Notes: generated from the letters alone by a model not told the origin. Counted from the stretch's first letter, positions 10,063-20,608 are shown. The stretch is DNA of 64,000 bases from Bacilli bacterium (GCA_017478105.1 JAFVEF010000037.1:5945-69944), one strand, 5' to 3'. A program made the numbers and translations.

Positions 10063-11142
10063 TCACCTAATTATGTTTTTTATTTCATTATATATTCTAG
10101 TAGCAGAATCACTAATACCTAAACTCTTACTATTATTAACCATATTTTCATATAAATCTTTATTATCAAATAACTTATCTATTTCGAGTATTATTTTATC
10201 TTTAGAAAAATCATCTTCACTAACAATAATACAAGCCCCTTTATCTTCTAATTCTTTTGCATTCTTATATTGATGATTATTAGTAACATAAGGAGAAGGA
10301 ACAAGTATAGCAGGAAGCCCTATAGCTGTAATTTCCGCAATAGTAGAAGCACCTGCTCTAGATACTATTAAATCACTATCTTTAAGTAAACATATTAAAT
10401 CATCCATAAAAGGAACTATTTTAACATTATCACTAATATTAATATCTTTATAATCATTATAATACTTTTTTCCAGTAATTATAAGTACTTGATAATTTTT
10501 ATCTTTAAAAGCTGGTATTAATTCTTTTATTTTTTGAGTCATAGTAGTACTTCCTAAAGATCCCATAACTACCACAACAAGTTTCTTATTTTCATCAAAT
10601 CCTAAAGTCTTTTTAGATTTTTTCTTAACATTCATAATCTCTTCACTACGAGGATTACCAGTATAAACAACTTTATTCTTAGGAAATAAATTTAAACTAT
10701 TAGGAAGTGAAACACATATTTTATCTGCAAAGTTACTAATAAATTTATTACTAACTCCAGGAATTGAATTTTGTTCATGAATCAAAACCGGTACTTTCAA
10801 TTTATGTGCAGCATATAAAACAGGAGCAGTAATATATCCTCCAGCACCAACTACTACGTCTGGCTTAAATTCACTAATTACTTTCATAGCTTTTTTAACT
10901 GCAGCATTATATTTTTTTAAAACACTAATGTTTGAAAAAATATTCTTTCTATTTAAACCACTCATTTCAATCCCAACAAACTTAATACCAAGTTTTGGAA
11001 TAATGTCTTTCTCCATTCTATCAGTAGTTCCTATATACAAAAATTCAGAAGATTTTTCCATCTCTTTTATCTTATTCATAATCGCAATAGCGGGATAAAT
11101 ATGCCCACCGGTACCACCAGCAACAATAACTACTCTCATCAA
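10063..11142 (-). CDS. murG: Undecaprenyldiphospho-muramoylpentapeptide beta-N-acetylglucosaminyltransferase MurG
   Basis: 359 aa. N-terminus VIVAGGTGGHIYPAIA. C-terminal half RAGASTIAEITAIGLPAILVPSP. Confidence 0.93.
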   Translation of the reverse strand: MMRVVIVAGGTGGHIYPAIAIMNKIKEMEKSSEFLYIGTTDRMEKDIIPKLGIKFVGIEMSGLNRKNIFSNISVLKKYNAAVKKAMKVISEFKPDVVVGAGGYITAPVLYAAHKLKVPVLIHEQNSIPGVSNKFISNFADKICVSLPNSLNLFPKNKVVYTGNPRSEEIMNVKKKSKKTLGFDENKKLVVVVMGSLGSTTMTQKIKELIPAFKDKNYQVLIITGKKYYNDYKDINISDNVKIVPFMDDLICLLKDSDLIVSRAGASTIAEITAIGLPAILVPSPYVTNNHQYKNAKELEDKGACIIVSEDDFSKDKIILEIDKLFDNKDLYENMVNNSKSLGISDSATRIYNEIKNIIR

Positions 11143-11249
11143 ATCCCTCCATTTAACTAAATTATATCATATTTTTAAACCAGTAATTAAAAATATAATT
11201 AAATATCAACCACTTTACATTATATTCTATGAATTAATAACAATTATAA

Positions 11250-11280
11250 AACAAAAGAAAAAGGAAATATAACATTTCCT
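11250..11280 (-). terminator. Rho-independent terminator after the 11283-12530 surface-protein gene
   Basis: On the minus strand: AGGAAAT-GTTAT-ATTTCCT followed by TTTTTCTTTTGTTTT. Confidence 0.65.
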
Positions 11281-11282
11281 AA

Positions 11283-12530
11283 TTAACCTAATCGGAAAGC
11301 GGGCGAAACACCAGTAACATCATAAGCATAAGTAAAGCTAAAACTACCACTGCCATTCACATAGGTAAAACCATTATTTGAAATAGCTGTGCGCAACCAC
11401 CAACTAGAACTTACCCCATTTTTCTGTTTAATAACAGATGAGTAGTTTGAGGGTGTTACGTTTAAATCAGCATAATAATCTAATTGTCTTGTTTGTCCCT
11501 GGGCTGTATCAGATTCTCCAGTATAATCCCATACTTCTCTTCTTGATAATAAATATAGTTTATCAGTTGATGTGAAGTTTGTTTCACCTGTAGTTGATCC
11601 ATGTCCTGATAGTACTGTTGTATCTATTATTCCATTCTTTAATTCTGTAGGTAGAGCATTATATATATCAGTATTTACATATGTTCTCATTTCACTTACT
11701 GGCCAGCCTCCTGCATTTGTACTTGTAGAATTCATATTATGAGTTGTGATTACATCGGCAAACTCTAATACAAAGCCACAAGCAGTTTGTGAAAACCCTT
11801 CTGTAGAACACTCTACTGGAGTTGAGGTGTTTGCTATTCTCAAAGTATGTGCTCCAAACTCACCCATATCTACCGTCTTAGTATCTCCGACATTATAAAC
11901 ACTTGTATTTCCTGATTTAACTGCACTAATAATTGTACTCCATGAATCAGTTGAAAAAGATTCTGGATGCCCTGGTTTTACGGCATTTTCATCTGCTTGA
12001 ACATAAGTTACTGAGAATGTTAGATTAAGTGTTTGCTCTGTACTTGGTAAATCATCTTTAGTTATGTCTTTTTTATAACCTACTCTTACTTTGTAGGTTT
12101 CTGTTTTACCTGCTTCTAATAAATGATTATTTTGAATGGCTATTCCATCACTATAAGTAACACTATATTCTAAGTAATTTGGAAGTGTTGTGATTTCAGT
12201 ACCATTTAGTTTACTGGATACTGCAAATATCATTCCATCAATAGTTCCGGCATTTTTCGCATCAACTGTGAACTCGAAATAATCTCCTGGTAAGTTTAAT
12301 GTAACACTGTATGATACTGTTGTTTTATTAGTATCAATCGCAGGAGTTGAGGCTGTTACACTACCAGTTCTTACTTGAACATTATCAAAATAAATATCCC
12401 ATTTATTATCTTTTACAACTGTTGTTCCTACTATATTTAAGTTTGTTGTAAGTAGTGCATAACCTAAACTTATGCTTAATAATAAAATAACTAATACTGT
12501 AAATAAATATCTTCTTTGCATATCCTTCAC
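11283..12530 (-). CDS. Surface protein: shared N-terminal module plus C-terminal DUF6273-like domain (paralog of 2282-3565)
   Basis: 415 aa. Anchor followed by SLGYALLTTNLNIVG. Blocks such as GFSQTACGFVLEFAD and PTELKNGIIDTTV are identical to the paralog. C-terminus is WWLRTA...GVSPAFRLG. Confidence 0.7.
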   Translation of the reverse strand: MKDMQRRYLFTVLVILLLSISLGYALLTTNLNIVGTTVVKDNKWDIYFDNVQVRTGSVTASTPAIDTNKTTVSYSVTLNLPGDYFEFTVDAKNAGTIDGMIFAVSSKLNGTEITTLPNYLEYSVTYSDGIAIQNNHLLEAGKTETYKVRVGYKKDITKDDLPSTEQTLNLTFSVTYVQADENAVKPGHPESFSTDSWSTIISAVKSGNTSVYNVGDTKTVDMGEFGAHTLRIANTSTPVECSTEGFSQTACGFVLEFADVITTHNMNSTSTNAGGWPVSEMRTYVNTDIYNALPTELKNGIIDTTVLSGHGSTTGETNFTSTDKLYLLSRREVWDYTGESDTAQGQTRQLDYYADLNVTPSNYSSVIKQKNGVSSSWWLRTAISNNGFTYVNGSGSFSFTYAYDVTGVSPAFRLG

Positions 12531-12619
12531 CTATTATAATAATACAATTTTTAATACTCTTAGTCAATTGTTTAAAATATCTAAATATGATAAAATGTAT
12601 AAGAAGAAAGAGGGATACT

Positions 12620-13762
12620 ATGAAAGCTATTGGTATTATTTGTGAATATAATCCTTTTCATAATGGACATTTATATCATCTAAATAAAATAAAAGAAAAA
12701 TATAAAGATTATATTGTTATAGCTGTTATGAATGGTAATTATACTGAACGTGGTGAAGTAACTATAATTGATAAATGGAAAAGAAAAGATATTGCCCTAG
12801 AAGAAGGAGTAGATTTAGTAATAGAATTACCTTTTCCCTTCTCTACTCAATCTGCAGATTTCTATGCTTATGGTGCCATCACAATACTTGAAAAATTAAA
12901 GTGTGAAAAAGTAATCTTTGGAAGTGAATCTAATAACATAGAAGATTTAAAACTAATTGCCAAAACCCAAATAGATAATGAAGACTTTGATAAACTAGTT
13001 AAAATATATTGTAAATTAGGTTATAACTATCCAACAGCTTTATCTAAATCAATAGAAGATCTAACAAGTAAAAAAATAGATACTCCTAATGATTTATTAG
13101 GAATAAGTTATATAAAAACAATATTAAAATATAATTATAATATTATCCCAGAAACTATAAAAAGAACTAATTCCTACCACCACAAGGAACTAAGTAATTA
13201 CATATCTAGTGCTACGGCAATTAGACAAGCTCTTCTAAATAATGAAAATGTAAAAGAATTTGTTCCAGAAAGTACATTTGTAAGACTAAATAATCTTCAT
13301 ATAATGAATGATTATTTTCCTCTATTAAAATATAAAATTATTACTGAAGATAATCTAGAAATATATCAAACAGTTGATATTGGTTTTAATAAACTCTTAA
13401 AAGAAAAAATAAATCAATGTAATAACTATGATGATTTAATAAAACTATGTAAAAGTAAAAAATATACTTATAATAAAATTAGTAGAATGTTACTACATAT
13501 CTTATGTAATTACACAAAAGAAAAAAATAACCTTTTCAAAGATATTAGTTATATTAGACCATTAGGTTTCAATGATAATGGAAAAGTATATTTTAATAAA
13601 ATTAAAAAAGAAATAGATATTCCCATTATTAGTAAGATTAAAAGAGAAAAAGATCCAATGTTAGAGTATGAAATAGAAACAACTAAGATATATGATTTAC
13701 CATATAATGAGAATTTATTAGAAAAAGAATTTAATAATCATTTATTGAAGGAGAAATTATGA
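12620..13762 (+). CDS. tmcAL: tRNA(Met) cytidine acetate ligase (YlbM/UPF0348 nucleotidyltransferase)
   Basis: MKAIGIICEYNPFHNGHLYHL... (HxGH nucleotidyltransferase motif). The start at 12620 follows AAGAGGGA; the ORF-track start at 12587 is probably too early. Confidence 0.8.
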   Translation: MKAIGIICEYNPFHNGHLYHLNKIKEKYKDYIVIAVMNGNYTERGEVTIIDKWKRKDIALEEGVDLVIELPFPFSTQSADFYAYGAITILEKLKCEKVIFGSESNNIEDLKLIAKTQIDNEDFDKLVKIYCKLGYNYPTALSKSIEDLTSKKIDTPNDLLGISYIKTILKYNYNIIPETIKRTNSYHHKELSNYISSATAIRQALLNNENVKEFVPESTFVRLNNLHIMNDYFPLLKYKIITEDNLEIYQTVDIGFNKLLKEKINQCNNYDDLIKLCKSKKYTYNKISRMLLHILCNYTKEKNNLFKDISYIRPLGFNDNGKVYFNKIKKEIDIPIISKIKREKDPMLEYEIETTKIYDLPYNENLLEKEFNNHLLKEKL

Positions 13763-14436
13763 TAAAACAAAAAAGACACGGTCAATTAATAGTAATCTCA
13801 GGTCCCTCTGGTGCTGGTAAAGATACAATTATAAATAAAGTGGTTGAAGATGAAAAAAATATTTGGATATCAGTATCCGCAACATCCCGTCAAATTAGAC
13901 CAGGTGAAAAAGAAGGCGTTAACTACTTTTACTTTTCTAAAGAAGAATTTGAAGAAAAAATTAAAAATAATTATTTTTTAGAATATGCTAAATACGCTGA
14001 AAACTATTATGGTACTCCTAAAGAAAAAATAATAGAGAAATTAGAAAAAGGAATAGATGTTGTATTGGTAATAGAAATCCAAGGAGCTATGAAAATAAAA
14101 GAATTAGTACCTGAAGCAATATTTATTTTTATCATGCCACCTAGTGAAAAAGAATTATTAAAAAGATTAAAAAATAGAAAAACTGAAGATAAAAATAAAA
14201 TAATAGAAAGATTTAATATTGCCTATAAAGCGATAAATGAAGTTACAAAATATAACTATGTTGTTGTAAACGATAAATTAGATGAAGCTGTTGAAAAAGT
14301 AAAAGCTATTATAAAAGCTGAAAAATGCCGAGTAGATAGAATTGAAGAAATGTTAGTCGCAAATAAAGAAGAATTAATTCATGAATTCTTAATGGAAGAA
14401 GAATTTGATAATTCTACTATTGGAGAAAAAATATGA
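13759..14436 (+). CDS. gmk: Guanylate kinase
   Basis: P-loop ISGPSGAGKDT, then SATSRQIRPGE and YYGTP. ATGA overlap with tmcAL. Confidence 0.92.
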   Translation: MIKQKRHGQLIVISGPSGAGKDTIINKVVEDEKNIWISVSATSRQIRPGEKEGVNYFYFSKEEFEEKIKNNYFLEYAKYAENYYGTPKEKIIEKLEKGIDVVLVIEIQGAMKIKELVPEAIFIFIMPPSEKELLKRLKNRKTEDKNKIIERFNIAYKAINEVTKYNYVVVNDKLDEAVEKVKAIIKAEKCRVDRIEEMLVANKEELIHEFLMEEEFDNSTIGEKI

Positions 14437-14602
14437 AAAAAGCATAAAAATATTCTTATTATTCTTCATACTAAGTTCTGCCCTATTTTATTTTCATACA
14501 ATAGATTTAGATGAAATATAGACATATAGTTTTACTTATAATATTTTAAGAGGACTAATTCCATATAAAGATAGATTATATAGGAATTATTAAAAAAATA
14601 AA

Positions 14603-14641
14603 AACAAGAACATCTTTATAAATAAAGTTCTTGTTTTTTTA
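14603..14641 (+). terminator. Rho-independent (bidirectional-looking) terminator
   Basis: AACAAGAAC-15 nt loop-GTTCTTGTT, followed by T-run 14634-14641 and preceded by an A-run. Confidence 0.6.
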
Positions 14642-14778
14642 TTGATTATTTATTGTATATCAAACAGTTGTTTGATATACTAATTTTAGTAAGTTATCTA
14701 CATAAAGGAGGAAAGATAAAAAAATCTATTTATTAAATAATAATTATATTTATAAGAATCGAAAGGAGAAGTAATAAT

Positions 14779-15648
14779 ATGAATGATAAAATCACAGCTA
14801 TCATGAATGTAAATGAAAATGAAATAAGGGTCATGAGAGTAAATGATGAAGATTATATTTCCTTAACTGACTTAGCACGATATAAAAATTCAGATAATCC
14901 AGGGGATGTTATTATTAAATGGATGAGTAACAAAAGCTCATTTGATTATTATTCTTTATGGGAAGAATTATTTAATGAAAATTTTAAACTGGCGGAATCC
15001 CGCGAGTTTAAAAATGACTCAGCAACCCAATCATTCACAATGAGCCCATCCAGATGGATAAATATAACGAATGCAATAGGTTTTATTAGTAAAAGAGGAA
15101 AGTATGATGGTGGTACATTTGCACATCCGGATATTGCATTAGAGTTTGCTTCTTGGATAGACCCCGCTTTTAAATTATATTTGATCAAAGAATTTGAAAG
15201 GTTAAAATACAATGAAAGTTATCAAAATGAAATAGAATGGTCAGTTAAAAGAATGCTTACTAAAACAAATTATAAAATACATACAGAGAGTATTAAGGAG
15301 AACATTGTTCCAAAGTTAACAGATAAGCAAAAACAATATATATACGCAGATGAAGCTGATGTGATAAATGTTGCATTATTTGGACAAACCGCAAAAGAAT
15401 GGAGAGATAATAATCCAAATTCAAAAGGTAATATAAGAGATTATACTGATACATTGCATTTAATAGTTTTAAGTAATTTAGAAGTCTTAAATGCTAACAT
15501 GATTGAAGATAATATAAAACAAAGCGAACGATTAATTAAACTCAATAATGTTGCAAAAAAAGAACTCAAAATATTAATTAACAACAAAAATATAATAGGA
15601 ATTAATAATTTAGACAATAAAAAGAATGTTTTAATTGAAAAAAAATAG
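14779..15648 (+). CDS. KilA-N domain-containing protein
   Basis: 289 aa. N-terminus (ISLTDLARYKNSDNPGDVIIKWMSNKSSFDYYSLWEELFN) is typical of KilA-N DNA-binding proteins. Isolated accessory gene between gmk and pyk. Confidence 0.6.
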   Translation: MNDKITAIMNVNENEIRVMRVNDEDYISLTDLARYKNSDNPGDVIIKWMSNKSSFDYYSLWEELFNENFKLAESREFKNDSATQSFTMSPSRWINITNAIGFISKRGKYDGGTFAHPDIALEFASWIDPAFKLYLIKEFERLKYNESYQNEIEWSVKRMLTKTNYKIHTESIKENIVPKLTDKQKQYIYADEADVINVALFGQTAKEWRDNNPNSKGNIRDYTDTLHLIVLSNLEVLNANMIEDNIKQSERLIKLNNVAKKELKILINNKNIIGINNLDNKKNVLIEKK

Positions 15649-15652
15649 CGAC

Positions 15653-15680
15653 AAAAAAAGGAATCATATGATTCCTTTTT
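15653..15680. terminator. Bidirectional terminator shared by the KilA-N gene and pyk
   Basis: Perfect palindrome AAAAAGGAATCA/TGATTCCTTTTT flanked by A-runs and T-runs, between convergent genes. Confidence 0.7.
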
Positions 15681-15681
15681 C

Positions 15682-17085
15682 TTATACTTCAACTATTTTA
15701 ATAAAATTAGTGTTATGAGATTTTCCAAGAGGAAGACCTCCTGTTAATACAATTAAATCTCCTCCTTTTAAATTCAATAATTCTTTTGTTTTTATAACAC
15801 AATCATTTATCATTTTATCATTATCTTCATATATTGGAATTACTTGAGATAAAACTCCAAAATTTAAAGTAACTTTTTCAGCAATATGATTAGATGGACA
15901 ATATGCAACAATTGGACAATTTGGTCTAAAGTTAGATATCTTTCTTGCGGTATATCCAGTCATTGTCGTTGTAACAACAGCCTTTATATCATCATATAAA
16001 CAGGCATCTACTACTAATTTCGCAATTGTATCAGAAATAGATATTTTTCTTAAATATTTAGTCTGTTTAGAATAATCAATACTTTCTTCTACACTAACAC
16101 AGATTCTACTCATAAAGTCTACTGCCTCTATTGGATGTTTTCCAACAGTAGTTTCTCCAGATAACATTACACAATCTGTTCCATCTAAAACAGCATTATA
16201 AACATCAGATACTTCTGCCCTTGTAGGTCTAGGGTTTTCATACATAGAAGCAAGCATCTCAGTAGCAACAATAGCAAACTTCCCATTTTCACGACATTTT
16301 CTAATAATTTCTTTTTGAATAAATGGTAATTTTTCAATAGGAACTTCTACTCCTAAATCTCCACGAGCAACCATTATTCCATCTGATTCTTCTATTATAG
16401 AATCAATATTATCTATACCCATTTGACTCTCTATTTTAGAAATTATTCTAGCATCTCCACCATTTTCTTCAATTATCTTTCTAGCTTCAATAACATCATC
16501 TCTGCAATTTACAAAAGATAAAGCTAAATAATCACAAGAATGAGTTGCTGCAAAAGAAATATCTTTATAATCTGCTTCACTAATAAATGGTAAATTAAGA
16601 TTTACACCTGGTACATTTATACTTTTATGATTTCCAATAAAACCACTATTTATTGCTTTTAATAATACTCCTTCTAATAATACATCAATTACTTCTAAAT
16701 CAAGTAATGCATTATCAATAAGGACATGATTTCCTACTTTTAAATTTTTAATTACCTCAGGATGATTTACACTAAATCTTTCTTTATTACCCAATACATT
16801 CGAAGATACCATCATAATAGTTTCCCCTTCTAAAATATTAATGCCACTATCTTCAAATTCCATAGTTCTAAATTCAGGTCCTTTAGTATCATACATAATC
16901 GCAACATGAGCACCAGTTCTATTTCTAACCTCTCTAACAACATCAATCACTTTTAAAGATTCTTCTTCTGTAGAATGACTTAAATTTATTCTTGCACAAT
17001 TCATTCCTTTTAAAACCATTTCACTCATTACATCTACATTATCACAAGCTGGTCCCACACTACATATTATTTTAGTCTTCTTCAT
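15682..17085 (-). CDS. pyk: Pyruvate kinase
   Basis: 467 aa. MKKTKIICSVGPA, ARINLSHS, MVARGDLGVEVP. Confidence 0.95.
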   Translation of the reverse strand: MKKTKIICSVGPACDNVDVMSEMVLKGMNCARINLSHSTEEESLKVIDVVREVRNRTGAHVAIMYDTKGPEFRTMEFEDSGINILEGETIMMVSSNVLGNKERFSVNHPEVIKNLKVGNHVLIDNALLDLEVIDVLLEGVLLKAINSGFIGNHKSINVPGVNLNLPFISEADYKDISFAATHSCDYLALSFVNCRDDVIEARKIIEENGGDARIISKIESQMGIDNIDSIIEESDGIMVARGDLGVEVPIEKLPFIQKEIIRKCRENGKFAIVATEMLASMYENPRPTRAEVSDVYNAVLDGTDCVMLSGETTVGKHPIEAVDFMSRICVSVEESIDYSKQTKYLRKISISDTIAKLVVDACLYDDIKAVVTTTMTGYTARKISNFRPNCPIVAYCPSNHIAEKVTLNFGVLSQVIPIYEDNDKMINDCVIKTKELLNLKGGDLIVLTGGLPLGKSHNTNFIKIVEV

Positions 17086-17164
17086 AAAAACCTCCCAAGA
17101 TCATATCATATATAAATTATATAACAGATAAAATAAAAAAGAATAGTTAATTTACAATTCTTTT

Positions 17165-17986
17165 TCATTTTTGACACTTACTACAATAATAAGTACCTCT
17201 TCCACCAACTTTTATTTTAATAATCTTTTCACCACAATTTAAGCAAGCTTCTCCATTTTTACCATGACATTTTAAAGAATGTTGAAAAAGTCCATGAACT
17301 CCCTCTGAAGAAGTAAAACTTCTAATAGTGGTTCCCCCTGCCTTTATAGCTTCTTTTAATACTATTCTAGCATTCTTAATAATAGAATCACATTCTGCTA
17401 GTGTAACATCACATGCTTTTCTAAGTGGACTAATATTACTCATAAATAAAATCTCATCATCATATATATTTCCAATACCAGTAATAATACTTTGATCAAG
17501 TAATACTGTTTTTATAGGTAATTTTTTATTATGAATTTTATCATATAAATATTCTTTCGTAAGAGATTTATCATCAAACTCTAGTCCTAATTCAGATAGA
17601 GGTTTTACATCATTTACTTTATCTTTTTCAATTAAATACATTTTCCCAAACTTACGTACATCATGATATCTAAATGATTCACCATTATCTAAATTAAATT
17701 CTACATGTTCATGCTTAGTAACTTCATCAAGTTCATTTCTAAACATAAACTTTCCTTCCATTCTTAGATGAACAAGTAAATAATAATCATCTAATTCTAT
17801 CATAATAAACTTACCACGAGTCTTAATATTATTAATCTTTTGATAAACTATCTTTTCTCTAAATTCATCAGTTGTAGGATAAGCAATTATATTATCCCAA
17901 TAAATATTACAATTAACTATCTCTCTACCTATTAATCTATTTTTTAAATAATTTGCAACGGTAATTACCTCTGGTTTTTCAGGCAT
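17165..17986 (-). CDS. mutM: Formamidopyrimidine-DNA glycosylase
   Basis: MPEKPEV N-terminus, H2TH region, and C-terminal zinc finger CLNCGEKI...YYCSKCQK. Ends in TGA. Confidence 0.92.
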   Translation of the reverse strand: MPEKPEVITVANYLKNRLIGREIVNCNIYWDNIIAYPTTDEFREKIVYQKINNIKTRGKFIMIELDDYYLLVHLRMEGKFMFRNELDEVTKHEHVEFNLDNGESFRYHDVRKFGKMYLIEKDKVNDVKPLSELGLEFDDKSLTKEYLYDKIHNKKLPIKTVLLDQSIITGIGNIYDDEILFMSNISPLRKACDVTLAECDSIIKNARIVLKEAIKAGGTTIRSFTSSEGVHGLFQHSLKCHGKNGEACLNCGEKIIKIKVGGRGTYYCSKCQK

Positions 17987-17998
17987 AAATACACCCCC

Positions 17999-20608
17999 CT
18001 ATTTTGCTTCATACCAATTTTTTCCATATTCAATATCTACTTTTAATGGTACTTTTAATTTAAATGTATTTTCCATAATATCACGTACTATTTCTTTAAC
18101 AGTTTCTAATTCATCATTTAAAACATTAAATACTAATTCATCATGAACTTGTATTAACATTTTACTCTTTAATCCACGTTTATTAAATTCATTATATATT
18201 TCAACCATTGCTTTTTTTAATATATCAGCAGCAGTTCCTTGAATAGGAGTATTTAAAGCCATTCTTTCTCCACTACTTCTAATCATAAAATTACGATTAT
18301 TTAACTCTTCTATTACTCTTTTTCTATTCATTAAAGTTCTAACATAACCATTTTTATAAGCATCTTCTTTAGCTTTTTCCATATATTCTGATATTCCAGG
18401 AAATGTATCTAAATAATCATCAATAAACTTTTTAGCCGTCTTTAAATCAATTCCTAAATCTTCTGATAATCCAAAACTACTAATTCCATATAAAATACCA
18501 AAATTAACAGCTTTAGCTGTTCTTCTCATATTCTTAGTAACTTTTTCTATTGGAACATGATAAATATCTGCAGCAGTTTTAGCATGAATATCTTTATCAT
18601 CAATAAAAGCTTGAATCATATTAGTAGCATTTGCTATATGAGCAAATACTCTAAGTTCTACTTGAGAATAATCACTAGATAATAATAAACTATTTTCTTC
18701 AGGAATAAAAGCCTGTCTAATTAATTTAGAATATTCACTTCTCGCTGGAATATTCTGAAGATTAGGACTAATACTAGAAAGTCTTCCAGTTCTAGTTAAA
18801 GTTTGTGTAAATATAGTATGAATTTTACCATCTTCTCTAACTTCTTCAAGTAATCCAACTACATAATTAGAATATAATTTTGTTAAAGTACGATATTCCA
18901 ATACTTTTAAAACTATTGGATGTTCATCAACTATTTTATCTAATATATCTTTACTAGTAGAATATTTATTATCTTTAACCCTCTTAGGATATTTTATTTC
19001 TAACTTATTAAATAATACATCACTTAATTGAGCTGGACTCATTATATTAAATTGAACTCCAGAAAGATCATATATTTCTTTTTCAACAGAAACCATCTTA
19101 TCTTCTAATTCTTTTCCAACTCTTTTTAAATACTCTTTATCTATTCTAATACCTGTAAGTTCCATATCTGCTAAAACTACAGTTAAAGGCATTTCAATAT
19201 TATTAAATAATTCATCTTCTTTTTCTTCTTTTAATTTATTAATTATTTCATCTTTAGTATCATATATAAATTTAGCTTTCTTAACACATATTTCTTTTAA
19301 AGTATCTAAAGAAACTTCTTTAGGTCTTTTTAAAGTACCAAAAACTTCATCATAACTAGGAATTTCTACATCAAAACTTCTCGCTACAAAACTAATATCA
19401 TCTTTCACAACATAATCAAGTAAATAACAAGCAATCATACTATCATAATTACAATTACTAATATTTACATTAAAATTATTCAAAACAACAATATTCTTCT
19501 TTAAATCATATGTATATTTATCTAACTTATTATTAAATAAATCTTTATATTTAGAAATATCTTCTACATTTAAAAAGTATCCATTTTCTCCATCATAAAT
19601 TCCAATTCCTAAAATCTCACTTTTACTATATACCTCTCCTCTAGTTTCTATATAAAAGGAAAAATTCTTATTACTAAATTCTTTAATATCTTTAATAGAA
19701 ATATTATTATCTTCTTTTTTACTAACATTATTATTCTCTAATGATGGAAAATCTATTTTTTTAAGTAATGAATAAAACTCTAAATCTTCTAATTGCTTTT
19801 TAAAATCTTCAACTTTATATCCATTATATTTACAATCTTCTAAATCGAATCCTAAATCAACATCTTTATATATAGTTGCGATATCATAACTCATATAAGC
19901 ATTTTCTTTATCATTAATTAGTTTTTCTCTAGTTTTTAAAGATATATCATCTAAGTTATTATAAACTCCATCTAAACTTCCATATTTTGAAATTAAACTA
20001 ATTGCAGTCTTCTCCCCAATACCTTTAACACCAGGAATATGATCAGATGGATCACCCATTAAAGCTTTTAAATCAATCATCTTTATTGGCTCAGTTTTAT
20101 AAGTATTATAAAATTCTTTTTTATCCATCATAATATAACCAGACTGTTTTAATAATTTAACAGTTACTTCATCACTAATTAGTTGAAGTAAATCTTTATC
20201 ACTACTTATAATAGTTCCTATAAATTCATCTTCATTATCAATCATTTTTGATAAAGTACCTATTATATCATCTGCTTCATAATTATAAATTTCAAAATGC
20301 TTAATCCCCATTGAATCCAATAATTCTTTAGCCTTAGGAAACTGTAATATTAACTCATCAGGCATAGCAGCTCTTCCTGCTTTATAACTTTCATATTTAT
20401 CATGTCTAAAGGTTTTCCCTTTATCAAATGCTACCATTATATAACTAGGATTTTCTTCTTTAATAATCTTATTCATCATATTAATAAATCCATATAAAGC
20501 ATTAGTAGGAAAACCTTTAGAATTTTTCATAATAACACCTTGATATGCAGTAGCATAAAAACTTCTGAATAATAAATTATTCCCGTCTACTAAAACAATC
20601 TTTTTCAT
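17999..20608 (-). CDS. polA: DNA polymerase I
   Basis: 5'-nuclease N-terminus (KIVLVDGNNLLFRSFYA) and pol domain (QVHDELVF, RRTAKAVNFGILYG). Probable start is ATG 20608, behind AGGTGAT; the ORF track begins at 20623. Confidence 0.95.
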   Translation of the reverse strand: MKKIVLVDGNNLLFRSFYATAYQGVIMKNSKGFPTNALYGFINMMNKIIKEENPSYIMVAFDKGKTFRHDKYESYKAGRAAMPDELILQFPKAKELLDSMGIKHFEIYNYEADDIIGTLSKMIDNEDEFIGTIISSDKDLLQLISDEVTVKLLKQSGYIMMDKKEFYNTYKTEPIKMIDLKALMGDPSDHIPGVKGIGEKTAISLISKYGSLDGVYNNLDDISLKTREKLINDKENAYMSYDIATIYKDVDLGFDLEDCKYNGYKVEDFKKQLEDLEFYSLLKKIDFPSLENNNVSKKEDNNISIKDIKEFSNKNFSFYIETRGEVYSKSEILGIGIYDGENGYFLNVEDISKYKDLFNNKLDKYTYDLKKNIVVLNNFNVNISNCNYDSMIACYLLDYVVKDDISFVARSFDVEIPSYDEVFGTLKRPKEVSLDTLKEICVKKAKFIYDTKDEIINKLKEEKEDELFNNIEMPLTVVLADMELTGIRIDKEYLKRVGKELEDKMVSVEKEIYDLSGVQFNIMSPAQLSDVLFNKLEIKYPKRVKDNKYSTSKDILDKIVDEHPIVLKVLEYRTLTKLYSNYVVGLLEEVREDGKIHTIFTQTLTRTGRLSSISPNLQNIPARSEYSKLIRQAFIPEENSLLLSSDYSQVELRVFAHIANATNMIQAFIDDKDIHAKTAADIYHVPIEKVTKNMRRTAKAVNFGILYGISSFGLSEDLGIDLKTAKKFIDDYLDTFPGISEYMEKAKEDAYKNGYVRTLMNRKRVIEELNNRNFMIRSSGERMALNTPIQGTAADILKKAMVEIYNEFNKRGLKSKMLIQVHDELVFNVLNDELETVKEIVRDIMENTFKLKVPLKVDIEYGKNWYEAK

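Noticed and set aside
11209-11235. A dif-like sequence (reverse strand AATTCATAGAATATAATGTAAAGTGG) resembles the Firmicute dif half-sites.
   Set aside because: The two arm-like halves are separated by only about 2 nt instead of the 6-nt central region. The location is between murG and a surface gene, and the background is extremely AT-rich. It is probably chance.
14779-15648. The KilA-N, BRO-N and RhuM genes suggested a prophage.
   Set aside because: No integrase, terminase, capsid, tail or lysis genes are present. The genes are isolated singletons or parts of short cassettes.
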